Made by a program: the position numbers and the translations under genes
In this document: positions 29,254-39,100 of the stretch, one piece after another
Layout: each line of letters opens with the position of its first letter
Numbering within the stretch: the first letter of the stretch is position 1
Notes under the pieces: generated by a model
What the model saw: only the letters and a program-made list of their open reading frames with translations
Told to the model about the DNA's origin: nothing
Database searches by the model: none
Assembly: GCA_016839515.1 (NCBI GenBank)
Contig: JAEOUE010000031.1
Location: forward strand, 1 to 58,446
Length of the DNA stretch: 58,446 nucleotides
Source of the DNA: Candidatus Hodarchaeum mangrovi
GTDB lineage: Archaea; Asgardarchaeota; Heimdallarchaeia; Hodarchaeales; Hodarchaeaceae
Direction: 5' to 3'

Positions 29254-29345
29254 TTTCCTACAAAAACTTTTCTGTTTTATGATAGAATTGGATTTTTTGA
29301 GAAACTTTTTATTAAAATGCTTAAATTCTATAGAAGTGGAGAGAA

Positions 29346-29810
29346 ATGAAACATAAATTCAAAATTATAGGTTTAGGAGGCACATTTGATAGATTTCATA
29401 ATGGCCATAAACTTATGCTAGATGTTGCTGCTTACTTTGGTAAAGAAATCCATTTAGGACTTATAGGAAATTCCTATTTAATAATGAGACCAAAACCTTT
29501 GAATAAAATAATTCAAAATTATCAAGCTCGTTGTGACACGATTTCAGATTATTTCAAAAAATACAAGGAGAACATCCTTAGGATTACGGAACTTTCAAGC
29601 CCAGGTATGGATCAAAAATTAGCTTCAGAATCTTCATTAGAGGCTTTAATAGTATCTCAGGAGACTCTGAAAGGAGCGCTACTAATAAACAAGAATAGAA
29701 TAGCTAATAAGAAGTCTTGTCTGAAAATTTTAGTAATTCCTTTTGTTCTTAGAGAGAATGGAAGTAATGAGTCCAGTACAAAACTACGATATGAAGATTC
29801 TAATAAATAA
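29346..29810 (+). CDS. coaD: phosphopantetheine adenylyltransferase (archaeal/eukaryotic type)
   Basis: GGTFDRFHNGHK, LIVSQET, IN..R, SST.LR. Confidence 0.88.
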   Translation: MKHKFKIIGLGGTFDRFHNGHKLMLDVAAYFGKEIHLGLIGNSYLIMRPKPLNKIIQNYQARCDTISDYFKKYKENILRITELSSPGMDQKLASESSLEALIVSQETLKGALLINKNRIANKKSCLKILVIPFVLRENGSNESSTKLRYEDSNK

Positions 29811-29834
29811 AACGGAATAGGATATTGAGGATAT

Positions 29835-29930
29835 GGAAGGATTCCTCCGTACTCAAGATCATCATCACTTAAAGAGTTGGTTAAATCCCAACACCTTATC
29901 GGGAGGGCTAGAGCCGTCATTGGTCCTTCC
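29835..29930 (-). ncRNA. candidate box C/D sRNA with internal hairpin
   Basis: 7-bp terminal stem GGAAGGA/TCCTTCC; C ATGACGG, 12 nt, D' CCGA, GTTGG/CCAAC hairpin, C' GTGATGA, 12 nt, D CGGA. Confidence 0.45.
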
Positions 29931-30077
29931 GATGAAATCATTAAAGGAAGATTGTTATAAGCTTATCGGTTATTGCTTTCAACAAACATTTTTAATGTGT
30001 TACATGACTTAAACAGAAGAAATCATAGAATACAATTCTTTACAACCTACATTAAACCATTGTCAGGAAAAACTAAA

Positions 30078-31280
30078 ATGGATCCTCTAGTATTTTTAAT
30101 AATTGTCATCTTTGCGTGGTTTTCCCTCAGTACTATTTCTAGAATACCGTGGTTTGATTTTAAAAACCCTGATATTGGTTTAGGTTATGCATTTTATAGA
30201 ACTAAAAAATTAAATAATCTTCTTGATAGATTGGCCCAAAAAGGACGCTTCTTTTGGAAATTTCTTTGGGATATTGGAATAATTTCTGGGTTAGGTATAT
30301 TATTGGCAGGATTAATTATTTTTACGATTAATATCCCTTTGTTTTTTATTCCTTCAACTGATGGATCTATTCCTGGAACCCCAACAGCTATCTCGATTGC
30401 TCCCGTCATTCCTGGAATAACTGTTTCTCTAGAAACTCTACCGTACTTTCTAATAGCTGTTATGGTTGGTGCAATAGCCCATGAATTTGCTCATGGTATT
30501 GCGGCAAGAGGAGAAAATATTAAGTTAAAGAGTACAGGGATCTTTGTATTTCTTGTTTTTTTTGGAGCATTTGTTGAACCTGATGATAAGAGTTTCTCGG
30601 AAAAACCTCAAAGATCAAAAATCCGTGTGTGGGCAGCTGGAGCATTAGCAAACATGATAGTTGCTTTGTTATTTTTGATTATCCTCATTCCTCTTCTATT
30701 TCCAGTTTTTATATCTCCATTTTATCAAACAAGTTCTTCAGGGGCACTAGTGGTTGAAACAGTTTCTGATACACCTGCATCAATATCAGGTATAAAAGCT
30801 GGCTTTGCTATAATAGGTATTAATTCCACCTCAGGATATATTCAAATTAATTCTGTAGCAGGATTTCAAAATTTCACAAATAATCTCTTGTCTCCAAATC
30901 AAGAAGTAACTTTTTTCTTTGATAACGAATTGAGATCAATTACCTTAATTTCGACAGAACATCCCAGCAATTCAACAAGAGGATTCATAGGTATTAGAAC
31001 TGCTGATTATTTCAAACCTAGGGTTACTTTCCTTCCCTATCTAGTAAATCTCTTCCCTTATTGGATCTCCACAGCATTTTTGTATATCTTCATGATAAAT
31101 TTGATGTTTGCAATTATTAATTTACTTCCAATACCAATCTTAGATGGGGATAAATTACTTGCAGATTTCCTTGGTCCTAAATTCAATCGATATCAACCTT
31201 GGATTCGTTATTACGCATTAGGTATTTTACTACTGAATATGCTCCTATCTTTCTTTATTACAGGGTGGGGTCAGCTATAA
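30078..31280 (+). CDS. site-2 protease (M50) with PDZ-like insert
   Basis: PVIPG, HEFAH, GAFVEP, AGALAN, NLLPIPILDG; multiple TM segments. Confidence 0.92.
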   Translation: MDPLVFLIIVIFAWFSLSTISRIPWFDFKNPDIGLGYAFYRTKKLNNLLDRLAQKGRFFWKFLWDIGIISGLGILLAGLIIFTINIPLFFIPSTDGSIPGTPTAISIAPVIPGITVSLETLPYFLIAVMVGAIAHEFAHGIAARGENIKLKSTGIFVFLVFFGAFVEPDDKSFSEKPQRSKIRVWAAGALANMIVALLFLIILIPLLFPVFISPFYQTSSSGALVVETVSDTPASISGIKAGFAIIGINSTSGYIQINSVAGFQNFTNNLLSPNQEVTFFFDNELRSITLISTEHPSNSTRGFIGIRTADYFKPRVTFLPYLVNLFPYWISTAFLYIFMINLMFAIINLLPIPILDGDKLLADFLGPKFNRYQPWIRYYALGILLLNMLLSFFITGWGQL

Positions 31281-31501
31281 TAACTATTTTTTTTTATTCT
31301 ATATCCAATTAGACTTTACTCAACCTAATTTTTCAACAAGAAGGATCGGAAAAATAAATCTACAATAACTCAAGGAAATTTGATCTTTAATCCCTTTAAT
31401 CTAAATATCATTTTGAGAATCATGAACCTTTAGGCAATGATTTAAAAATAAAAACTCCTAAAACTAATTAGATTTTATTTGATTACTTCGGTTGGATTCA
31501 T

Positions 31502-32080
31502 GTGATTCTAGAAGATATTCTCAGCTTATTGGTTTCTAGCTATATGTTACTGTTTATCATTGGTGGATTAACTGCTGCCTCTTGGTTAATTGTACGCTTT
31601 GCTGGGATTGAGGATGTAACATCAAATGTAAATAGACTTGCTTTATTGGGATTCCCACTAGGTATTTTTTCGATCATAACAGTAGGGGCGGGTGTATACC
31701 TAAAATCCCTAAATTTGTCCATTCCCCAATCATTTGATATAATTACTATCTTTTTGCTAGCCCTCCTAGGAATTATTCTTATTCTAAGACCAATTAAAGA
31801 TTTTCGATTTGGAGTTCTTCTTTCTCTTGCTATTGGGCTATTAGGAGCAGCTCTTTTGATATTTTTAGGATCCGAATCAGTAAAACTTTTATCAGGAGTT
31901 TTTATCTTAACTTTTTTCTTGATTTATGGGGCAATTCGTTTTTTTGAAGACTTATATCTCTTAATTGCAGATTTATTAGCCTCTCCTCTAGTATCGGTCT
32001 CAATTGGCGTACTATGTATAATTCAAGGTCTTCTAGGTATATTTGGAGTTTCTCTTGGACTTCTAATACCTTTCTTGTAA
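31502..32080 (+). CDS. hypothetical membrane protein
   Basis: About six hydrophobic segments. Confidence 0.7.
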   Translation: MILEDILSLLVSSYMLLFIIGGLTAASWLIVRFAGIEDVTSNVNRLALLGFPLGIFSIITVGAGVYLKSLNLSIPQSFDIITIFLLALLGIILILRPIKDFRFGVLLSLAIGLLGAALLIFLGSESVKLLSGVFILTFFLIYGAIRFFEDLYLLIADLLASPLVSVSIGVLCIIQGLLGIFGVSLGLLIPFL

Positions 32081-32081
32081 A

Positions 32082-32597
32082 TTATTCCATTAAATTCTTT
32101 ATTTCTATTCGAACAGGATTCTTACTTATTAACTCCGCAATTTGACGAATTTGATCTAAAGGAAACCGATGGGCTTCAAGATTTCCTCGTAAAGTGATTT
32201 TTAACTCAACATCTCCTTCAGGAGGAACAAAGATTTGATCTATCTCAACAATATCGAGTGGAGAAAAAAAATCGGTAAATGTTCTTCTTGTATCTGCTTT
32301 TCTTTCGATAATTTCAATTGGGTTTCGAATTTCAGACTCAATAAATTCTTTAATAGCAGGATTATCTAGAATAGCCTTACCATTTTGAGCCAGTAATACA
32401 ATCGAGTTATTTAAATTATGTGATCGATCTAGGATTACTGATTGTAATTGTTTGGGAAATCTTTGTTCAGCTTTCGCAAAGGCTTTCGAAACATCTACAT
32501 CAAGTTGAGTTATTTTATTTTTTCGGAGTTTTTGTTTACATTTTTTACATAATACTCCTGTTTTTGCACAAAAGTTACATATTGGTGTTACAACCAC
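32082..32597 (-). CDS. NusA-like KH protein with N-terminal Zn finger
   Basis: PICNFCAKTGVLCKKC...ITQLDVDVS signature of the archaeal NusA paralog. Confidence 0.8.
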   Translation of the reverse strand: MVVTPICNFCAKTGVLCKKCKQKLRKNKITQLDVDVSKAFAKAEQRFPKQLQSVILDRSHNLNNSIVLLAQNGKAILDNPAIKEFIESEIRNPIEIIERKADTRRTFTDFFSPLDIVEIDQIFVPPEGDVELKITLRGNLEAHRFPLDQIRQIAELISKNPVRIEIKNLME

Positions 32598-32678
32598 GAA
32601 TTATGCCTCTATTCCTATTTTTTCTATTATTTTCCTTCTTCTATATTTAATAAATTTAAAGCAGAAAAATTCTCACTC

Positions 32679-33599
32679 TCATAAAACATTTTTTAATACT
32701 GCAGCCACTGTATGCAATCTGTTTTCCGCTTCATCAAATACTACTGAATGAGAACCATAGATTACATCATCTGAAACTTCTTCTTTGTGTCTAGGTAAGC
32801 AATGCAGAAAGATGAAATTGGGATCAGCATATTTAACAAGATCTAAATCTACCCTAAAACCTTCAAATTTTTTTATTTTTTCCTCTGCTTCTTTCTCTTG
32901 TCCCATTGAAATAAAAGTATCAGTTACTACAACTTTTGTTGAAGTAATAGCCTTGATAGGATTATTAGAAGTAATTATCTGTTTAGGTGATTTCGCAATT
33001 TCCTTTGCATATTTTATTACTTCATCATCTGGTTCATAGCCTTTAGGTGTGGCAATATGAATATTCATGCCCATTTTTGCCGCTGCAAGAGTTAATGAAT
33101 GACATACATTGTTACCATCCCCAATCCAAGCTAAGTTTATTCCCTCTAATTTACCTAAATGCTCCTCAATTGTCATAATATCTGCCAATGCTTGTAAAGG
33201 ATGGAAGCTATTTGAAAGAGCATTAATTACAGGTACCCCTGATTCTTTCGCTAGTGTTTCCACATCTGATTGGTCAAAAACCCGAGCTAAAATACCAGAA
33301 ACAAACCTTCCAAGTACAACAGCAGTATCATACAGTGATTCATTTACTCCAAGCTGAATGTCATCTTTTCCTAGGAATAATGCATGACCACCTAATTCAG
33401 CCATGGCTGTTTCAGTCGAAACCCGAGTACGAGTTGATCGTTTTTGAAAAATCATCCCTAAAGTTTTACCCTTCAAGGGTTGTAATTCAATGTATTTTAA
33501 ACGATTTTTTTTGAAATCTTTTGCTTCATCGAGTAGAAACCGTATTTCAGATGGAGTTAAGTCCTTTAAACTTAATAACGATCTTCCTTTTAAATTCAT
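32679..33599 (-). CDS. argF: ornithine carbamoyltransferase
   Basis: STRTR, HPLQ, SMG, HCLP, AENR; start at ATG 33599 after GGTG RBS. Confidence 0.96.
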   Translation of the reverse strand: MNLKGRSLLSLKDLTPSEIRFLLDEAKDFKKNRLKYIELQPLKGKTLGMIFQKRSTRTRVSTETAMAELGGHALFLGKDDIQLGVNESLYDTAVVLGRFVSGILARVFDQSDVETLAKESGVPVINALSNSFHPLQALADIMTIEEHLGKLEGINLAWIGDGNNVCHSLTLAAAKMGMNIHIATPKGYEPDDEVIKYAKEIAKSPKQIITSNNPIKAITSTKVVVTDTFISMGQEKEAEEKIKKFEGFRVDLDLVKYADPNFIFLHCLPRHKEEVSDDVIYGSHSVVFDEAENRLHTVAAVLKNVL

Positions 33600-33633
33600 T
33601 AAATTCACACCATATAAATAATATTCAGCTTTA

Positions 33634-33930
33634 TTAACCACCATGTATGACTGGAATGAATGAAAGAACATCTTTTTCTTTGAGTTTTGTAGACATTCCA
33701 GCTAGAGCAGAGATTTCTTGTTCATTAACGAATAATAATAGAGATCTCTTTAACTCTAGCGACTCAGAGAAGAAAGAACTAAGCTCTATATAGGAGGGAT
33801 TAGAAAGTAATTTTCGAATAATATCACGGATTGTCATTTCTGGAGAAATTTCAATCTCGATTCTTTCTTTTTTAATATCATACTTTAATGAACCTAAAAA
33901 TTTTAATTGAATTTTCATTAGATCATCCAT
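33634..33930 (-). CDS. ubiquitin-like sulfur carrier/modifier (Urm1/SAMP/MoaD family)
   Basis: Beta-grasp pattern, LLFVN...L...D.LSFIPVIHGG C-terminus. Confidence 0.88.
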   Translation of the reverse strand: MDDLMKIQLKFLGSLKYDIKKERIEIEISPEMTIRDIIRKLLSNPSYIELSSFFSESLELKRSLLLFVNEQEISALAGMSTKLKEKDVLSFIPVIHGG

Positions 33931-33948
33931 TAACTAAATAGAAAAATA

Positions 33949-34050
33949 TGCGCCGATCGGGATTTTCAATCAATTTCAGAAGAAACTCAAGTTTGAACCC
34001 GAGTTACAGGCTTGGGAAGCCCGAGTCCTACCAGACTAGACTATCGGCGC
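33949..34050 (-). tRNA. tRNA-Gly(CCC) with 29-nt T-loop intron at 59/60 (33963-33991)
   Basis: GCGCCGA acceptor, CGGGC-TTCCCAA-GCCTG; BHB TTCA-AAC / TGAA-AAT. Confidence 0.92.
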
Positions 34051-34159
34051 GTACTCATTATGTGTTGGTACCTTATCAACATGAATTTATATGAGCTCCG
34101 TTATTTTTATCTAATCTTATAGCCACTTAAATCGAAAATTTCAAGTTATCACCTCTTTT

Positions 34160-34903
34160 TTATCGAAACAGATCTTCTTCACGATTTCGAATTAAATCTA
34201 ATGCTGATCCCTCATCTTTAGAAAAAGAAGCTCCACGGACAATAATCACAGGTGTTCCTTCATTTGCTTGTCCCATTACAATGCCTGCAGCTGCTGCGAT
34301 TTCATCAGCCCGAGCAATGATCGTTGATTTCAATTCATAACCAAATAAATCAAATTTTCCTCTCATATCTAATAAAGGATGCATTCCAGCAACTCCAATG
34401 GCAACATTCACTGTTCCTACTCTTAAAGGACGTCCAAATGTATCGGATATTATAACAGCAACTTCCTTGTTAAATTTTTCTTTTAAATACTCTTTAATTT
34501 TTCTTGCTGATTTATCAGGATCCTTAGGAAGAGATATAACCGTTTCTCCAGGAGTATTGGATTTATCTATTCCACTATTTGCACAAATGAATCCATGTTT
34601 TGTTGCTGTAATTAAAACTTTATTATTCATACGGACTATTTCATTACTCTCCTTTAATATGACTTCAATTTTTCTAGGGTCTTTATCCTGAATTTCTCCG
34701 ATTCTTATTGCAAAAGGACTTGGTTCAATTTCATTTAAATCATAAACTTGGTTTTCAGCTTTTGAAACAATCGTATGAGCTATAACTAGAACGTCACCAT
34801 TCTCAATAGTGATTTTTTGTAATTCCTCTCCAAGGATTTGTTCAATTTTATCCCCAGGATAAATTAATGGAAAATTTTCTAATGGAAAAATAGTTATGGT
34901 CAT
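34160..34903 (-). CDS. cofE: coenzyme F420-0:L-glutamate ligase
   Basis: VSKAE, ANSGIDKSN, DPDKSA, DTFGRPLRVG, ADEIAAAA, EDLFR. Confidence 0.93.
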   Translation of the reverse strand: MTITIFPLENFPLIYPGDKIEQILGEELQKITIENGDVLVIAHTIVSKAENQVYDLNEIEPSPFAIRIGEIQDKDPRKIEVILKESNEIVRMNNKVLITATKHGFICANSGIDKSNTPGETVISLPKDPDKSARKIKEYLKEKFNKEVAVIISDTFGRPLRVGTVNVAIGVAGMHPLLDMRGKFDLFGYELKSTIIARADEIAAAAGIVMGQANEGTPVIIVRGASFSKDEGSALDLIRNREEDLFR

Positions 34904-34938
34904 TTTTAGATATACCCTTCGTTTAAGTGTCAGAAAAT

Positions 34939-35004
34939 TAGCCTCAGACCGCTCATCGTTCAACATATTCTATTCTGAACTATAAAAATTCTCATCATGG
35001 GCTA
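34939..35004 (-). ncRNA. box C/D guide sRNA; D guide matches SSU rRNA 1398-1409 region
   Basis: TAGCC/GGCTA terminal stem, C ATGATGA, D' CAGA, C' ATGTTGA, 12-nt guide ACGATGAGCGGT, D CTGA. Confidence 0.85.
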
Positions 35005-35038
35005 TTTTGATAATGATACTGAATATTCTAATTAATTC

Positions 35039-35803
35039 CTATATCCCAAATTCTGATGGACGTGTTTTAACTTCTTGAGCTAAGTCTTGTAATAGTTTCA
35101 TAACTTTTTCAGTCTGAGAAGTGTTTCCTACCTTTTGGTATTTGTCATGTGCTTGTTTAAGTAAATCTATTGCCTCTTTCATATTCTCACGAGCACTTAT
35201 TAATGACTTAGCTCTTCTGTAAAGTGCATGAGCTTCATACCTAGTTGGATCTTCACGTCCCATTCGAAATTCTTCAACAGCTTTCTCTAAATAATATGCT
35301 TTGTCGAAATCGGATTCCATAGCAGCAGCTCTCTGTACAAAAGATCGAGCTCTAGCTCGAGCAGCTTCCATTTCCATACCTGTGGTTTGATATAATGCTC
35401 CCGCTGATTCAAATAATCTTGCAGATTCTATGAACTCACTATTTTGAGCCTTTGACTTGGCTAACTCTACTTGTGTTTGTGCTTGAATAGTTCGAGCCTG
35501 TCTGGCCTCTTCCATGAATCCTTCGGTTGAAAAAGTAACATTTGCCTTACCAAAACATCGAATAGCTTCAAGAAAATTAGATTCAAGCATGTAAATATAT
35601 CCTTGTGAACATAATCCATATGCTTCGGATCGTTTAGCAAGTTTTTTTTGATCTCCTCCTAAAAACAACTTTGATGAGTTAACAAATGATCCTTCGGCAT
35701 CTGAATAACGTTGTGATTCATAAAATACCATGCCACGGTCAAATTCTTCTTGAGCTTTTTTGATTTTATTGGACTTGAATATTGGCATGAAATAAACCTC
35801 CAA
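35039..35803 (-). CDS. TPR/SNAP-like helical repeat protein
   Basis: Repeats of Y/F.EA...F..A...Y/F...G (e.g. FIESARLFESAGALYQTTG). Confidence 0.7.
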   Translation of the reverse strand: MEVYFMPIFKSNKIKKAQEEFDRGMVFYESQRYSDAEGSFVNSSKLFLGGDQKKLAKRSEAYGLCSQGYIYMLESNFLEAIRCFGKANVTFSTEGFMEEARQARTIQAQTQVELAKSKAQNSEFIESARLFESAGALYQTTGMEMEAARARARSFVQRAAAMESDFDKAYYLEKAVEEFRMGREDPTRYEAHALYRRAKSLISARENMKEAIDLLKQAHDKYQKVGNTSQTEKVMKLLQDLAQEVKTRPSEFGI

Positions 35804-36199
35804 TTGAGATGTTTCTTACTATAACCCAATTGAATGCATATATTGTACTGTTATATATACAAGTTTTTTTTAAAATTATTAAAACCTTCTTATAAATTAA
35901 CTAGTCCAAAAAGCTTGTTAAAATTTTCTTTCTTTATCAATATAAAGAGATTTCAAGCCTGATTTTTAGGAACATCATTAATACATTTCTTTTATAATAA
36001 TTTTAATAATATTAGGCTGATTAATTGACTATTTAAAATTATTTCATTAGTACAAAGAGAATAAGAAAAGATAAATAAAGCCTCCCTTGTATGAATCCTC
36101 CTAGACTAGAATACTTTGGTATTTCATCTTGATACTATCCAGTTCGAATGAAATAGATTTATTATTCATAAAGAGTTTATGCTTCTAGGTGGAACAATC

Positions 36200-39100
36200 G
36201 TGAAGAATATTCAAAGGATTATTTCGTTAAATTTCTTTGTTATCCTAATTATATCAACTATCGCTATTAGTGCAGTCGATTACAGCTCATTAGCCACAAA
36301 AAAAGATTATAAAGGATTGTCCACGATACATACATTACGTAATAAGCATTTTTCGCAGTATTCTATAGCACAATTTACTAATAAAGAAGATTTTACTAGA
36401 ATTTCGTTAACTAAAAGCCTATCACAGATTCTTAATGGCAGTGCTCCTTATAATTTCTTTCCCGGGGACATCATTCGCTTTACAAATCGATTTACAATTC
36501 CTGGTCAAATTACGACTAATTATGCGTTATTAAATCATACAGTCTCTATTTTTTTAATAAAACAAGGGACTTTAAATCCCACTAATCCAACTTACTTCAT
36601 CAAAAATTCTACGACTAATGGAACTCAAGTTGGAAAATTTAAACTTACAGAAAACCCTGCAGAAGGATTTATTGATACTACGATAACTATCCCCGATTTA
36701 ACCACTCTTGAAGTAACTTATGGGATTCTACCTGGAGATAACGTAACTATTTACCAATATCTTGCTCCTTCACTAGGTTCGGGTGCTGAAGGCGTCCCAC
36801 CTTATGCTTACACGGATAATTTCACTCTAAGTGCGTTTCCAATCCTTTCCATTGGTACAGGTTTCGTGAATCCAGCTAGTGGTGACAATCAATTTCGACA
36901 GGGAGAAAATGCTAGTTTCATTTTAACAGCCTTATCAGGATCGGATCCAATTGACAATACTTCAATCAGTGCTACGATTCATTATAATAGCTCTGAGGTT
37001 CAAATAGCTAATACAACAGGATTGGGAATTATTTGTTATCTTCGAGATGTCACTACTGGTCTTCCAAGGACTTCAACCGATTCAAATGGACAATTACGAA
37101 TTATTGTTGTAACAACTTACCCAACCACGACTGAAGATAATTTTTTCATTAATATAACAGGTGATTTTATTGGTACAAGTGTCTATTCACCCGAAATTCC
37201 TGAATCAAGATATGCAAATAATAAAGCTCAATTCACAATAAGCAATGAGATGGATACAGCATCGATTACAATCACATTAGTAACTCCATCTGATTATATA
37301 CGTCCACCTAATGTAAATTTCACCATCGTTACAGCAAGAATTGCTATTATATACGCGTATACTGGAGCAACTTATTATATCCCAAATATTCCTGTACGAG
37401 CAACACTTGATACATATCCCACAGGAGTGAGTTTGTCAATTGCATCAGGATATACCAATAATGGTTCTGGATGGGCTTTAACAGATAGTTCTGGATATGT
37501 TGAATTTAATATCACTTCAGGATTTCCCATTCCTTATCAGTTAAAGACTCCAACAATTACTGTAGAAGCAGATTTGGCCAACCCATCTGCTCCTGGAGGT
37601 TCATACCCCTCAGGTCCTCCGAATGCTCCACATCGCTTTATTAGGGGGTCAGGGGACAAAATCCTAATCAGTGATAATCAAATGATTAGTATAGATCCTG
37701 AATTCTTAATTGGGCAGATTGGACTTTATTCCTATAATGCAAGCATTATACATCCTGGTGAAAGTGCAGTTTTAGAATTTGAGATTAATTCAAGTCAAGC
37801 TCCCTTAATTAACTTTGTTAAAGTGCCAGTAAAATTTGGACTTAATCAGGCAATTGCAGGTGTTTCTCTTTCAATTAGTGGATATACTCCTTATGGGAAT
37901 GGTTATTATCTTACTGATGCAAATGGGCGAATCAAAATAACAGTATCCTCTACTTACCTTATAACTCCAGAAATAATTCAAAATGTGATATTAGATATTA
38001 CTATAGACTTTGAAAACGATTCTAATGTTCGATGGATGGGAACATTTCATAGTGGAACAGCAACCTTTGCAGAGTATGATAAATCTTGGTCTACAAGTCA
38101 ATATTCTAGCTTAATTATAAACCCTCAATTTATTCTAAGCAATATCATCTTATCAACAACAAATGAGACAGGTGACACTAGAATTCGGCCAGGAGACGGC
38201 TTAGAAGTTACTTTCAAAGTTCAGGAACAGGGAACAGGCATAGCACTAGGTAGAGTTCCCGTTAATGTGTCCTTAATGAGTACGTATGCAGGGGTATCGC
38301 TGAGTATTGGTTCTACTCATGGGGGTTCTGCTGGGCCAAATTACTATTATTCTACTTTAACGGGATTAGTTTCTATTATCTTGAGCACTACATATGGAAT
38401 CACACCTAAAAATCTTCTAATCCAATTAAATGCAACTGCAGACTTTGCAAATGATTTATTAGATGTTTGGCATATTGGTCAAATTCCCTCCTCTGGAAAT
38501 TTTCGCTCAAACTTCTCTTATTCATATTTAATCCAAAATATTAACGTTGATCCTCAGTACTTCACAGGTATTATTTATATTCCATCTGATAACCAGCCTG
38601 TTACCCCTGTTCAGCAGACCGAAAATTTTATTATAGAATATGAGTTAAAGCTTAGGTACCAGTCATTAGATAATTTTCCATCAATTGATGATATTGTAAT
38701 TTCGATATTAGTAAATAATTCAAATCCTTCTGTCTATAATATGGCCGTAATCCCTTCAACAAGTCAAGATTCTTCAGCAAGTAGCGTAACGTTTCAATTA
38801 CAGACCAATGCAACTGGAGAAACACCAGAAGGAAAATATAATATAACAGCACGTGCTGATTTTGGAGGAGGAAGCTCGCTAGTATACAATATTACACATT
38901 CGACTGTTCCATCTGGAAAACTTGCTGGCTATTGGGTTAATGGATCTCAGACAGATGCCTATTCTTATATTAATTATATTTTTGAAGTAAAAAATCAAGA
39001 TAGGATTGTTCTTCAGGTAACTGGTGTTTCGGATCCTATCCATACAGATGAAGGTTATAATCCAATTACTACAAAATATGAGGTTTATCGAACAACAACG

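Noticed and set aside
28955-29280. RNase P RNA or a known riboswitch upstream of coaD
   Set aside because: CR-I/CR-V motifs, P4 pairing and P1 closure are not found in order; no TPP, FMN, SAM, B12, glycine or fluoride consensus recognised
29055-29282. 75-aa ORF
   Set aside because: No recognisable RBS or protein features; lies within the structured RNA
29657-29941. 94-aa minus-strand ORF
   Set aside because: Antisense to coaD and overlapping the sRNA candidate
13901-34050. tRNAs as integration sites of a mobile element
   Set aside because: No integrase or transposase and no duplicated tRNA 3' ends seen; flanks are housekeeping genes
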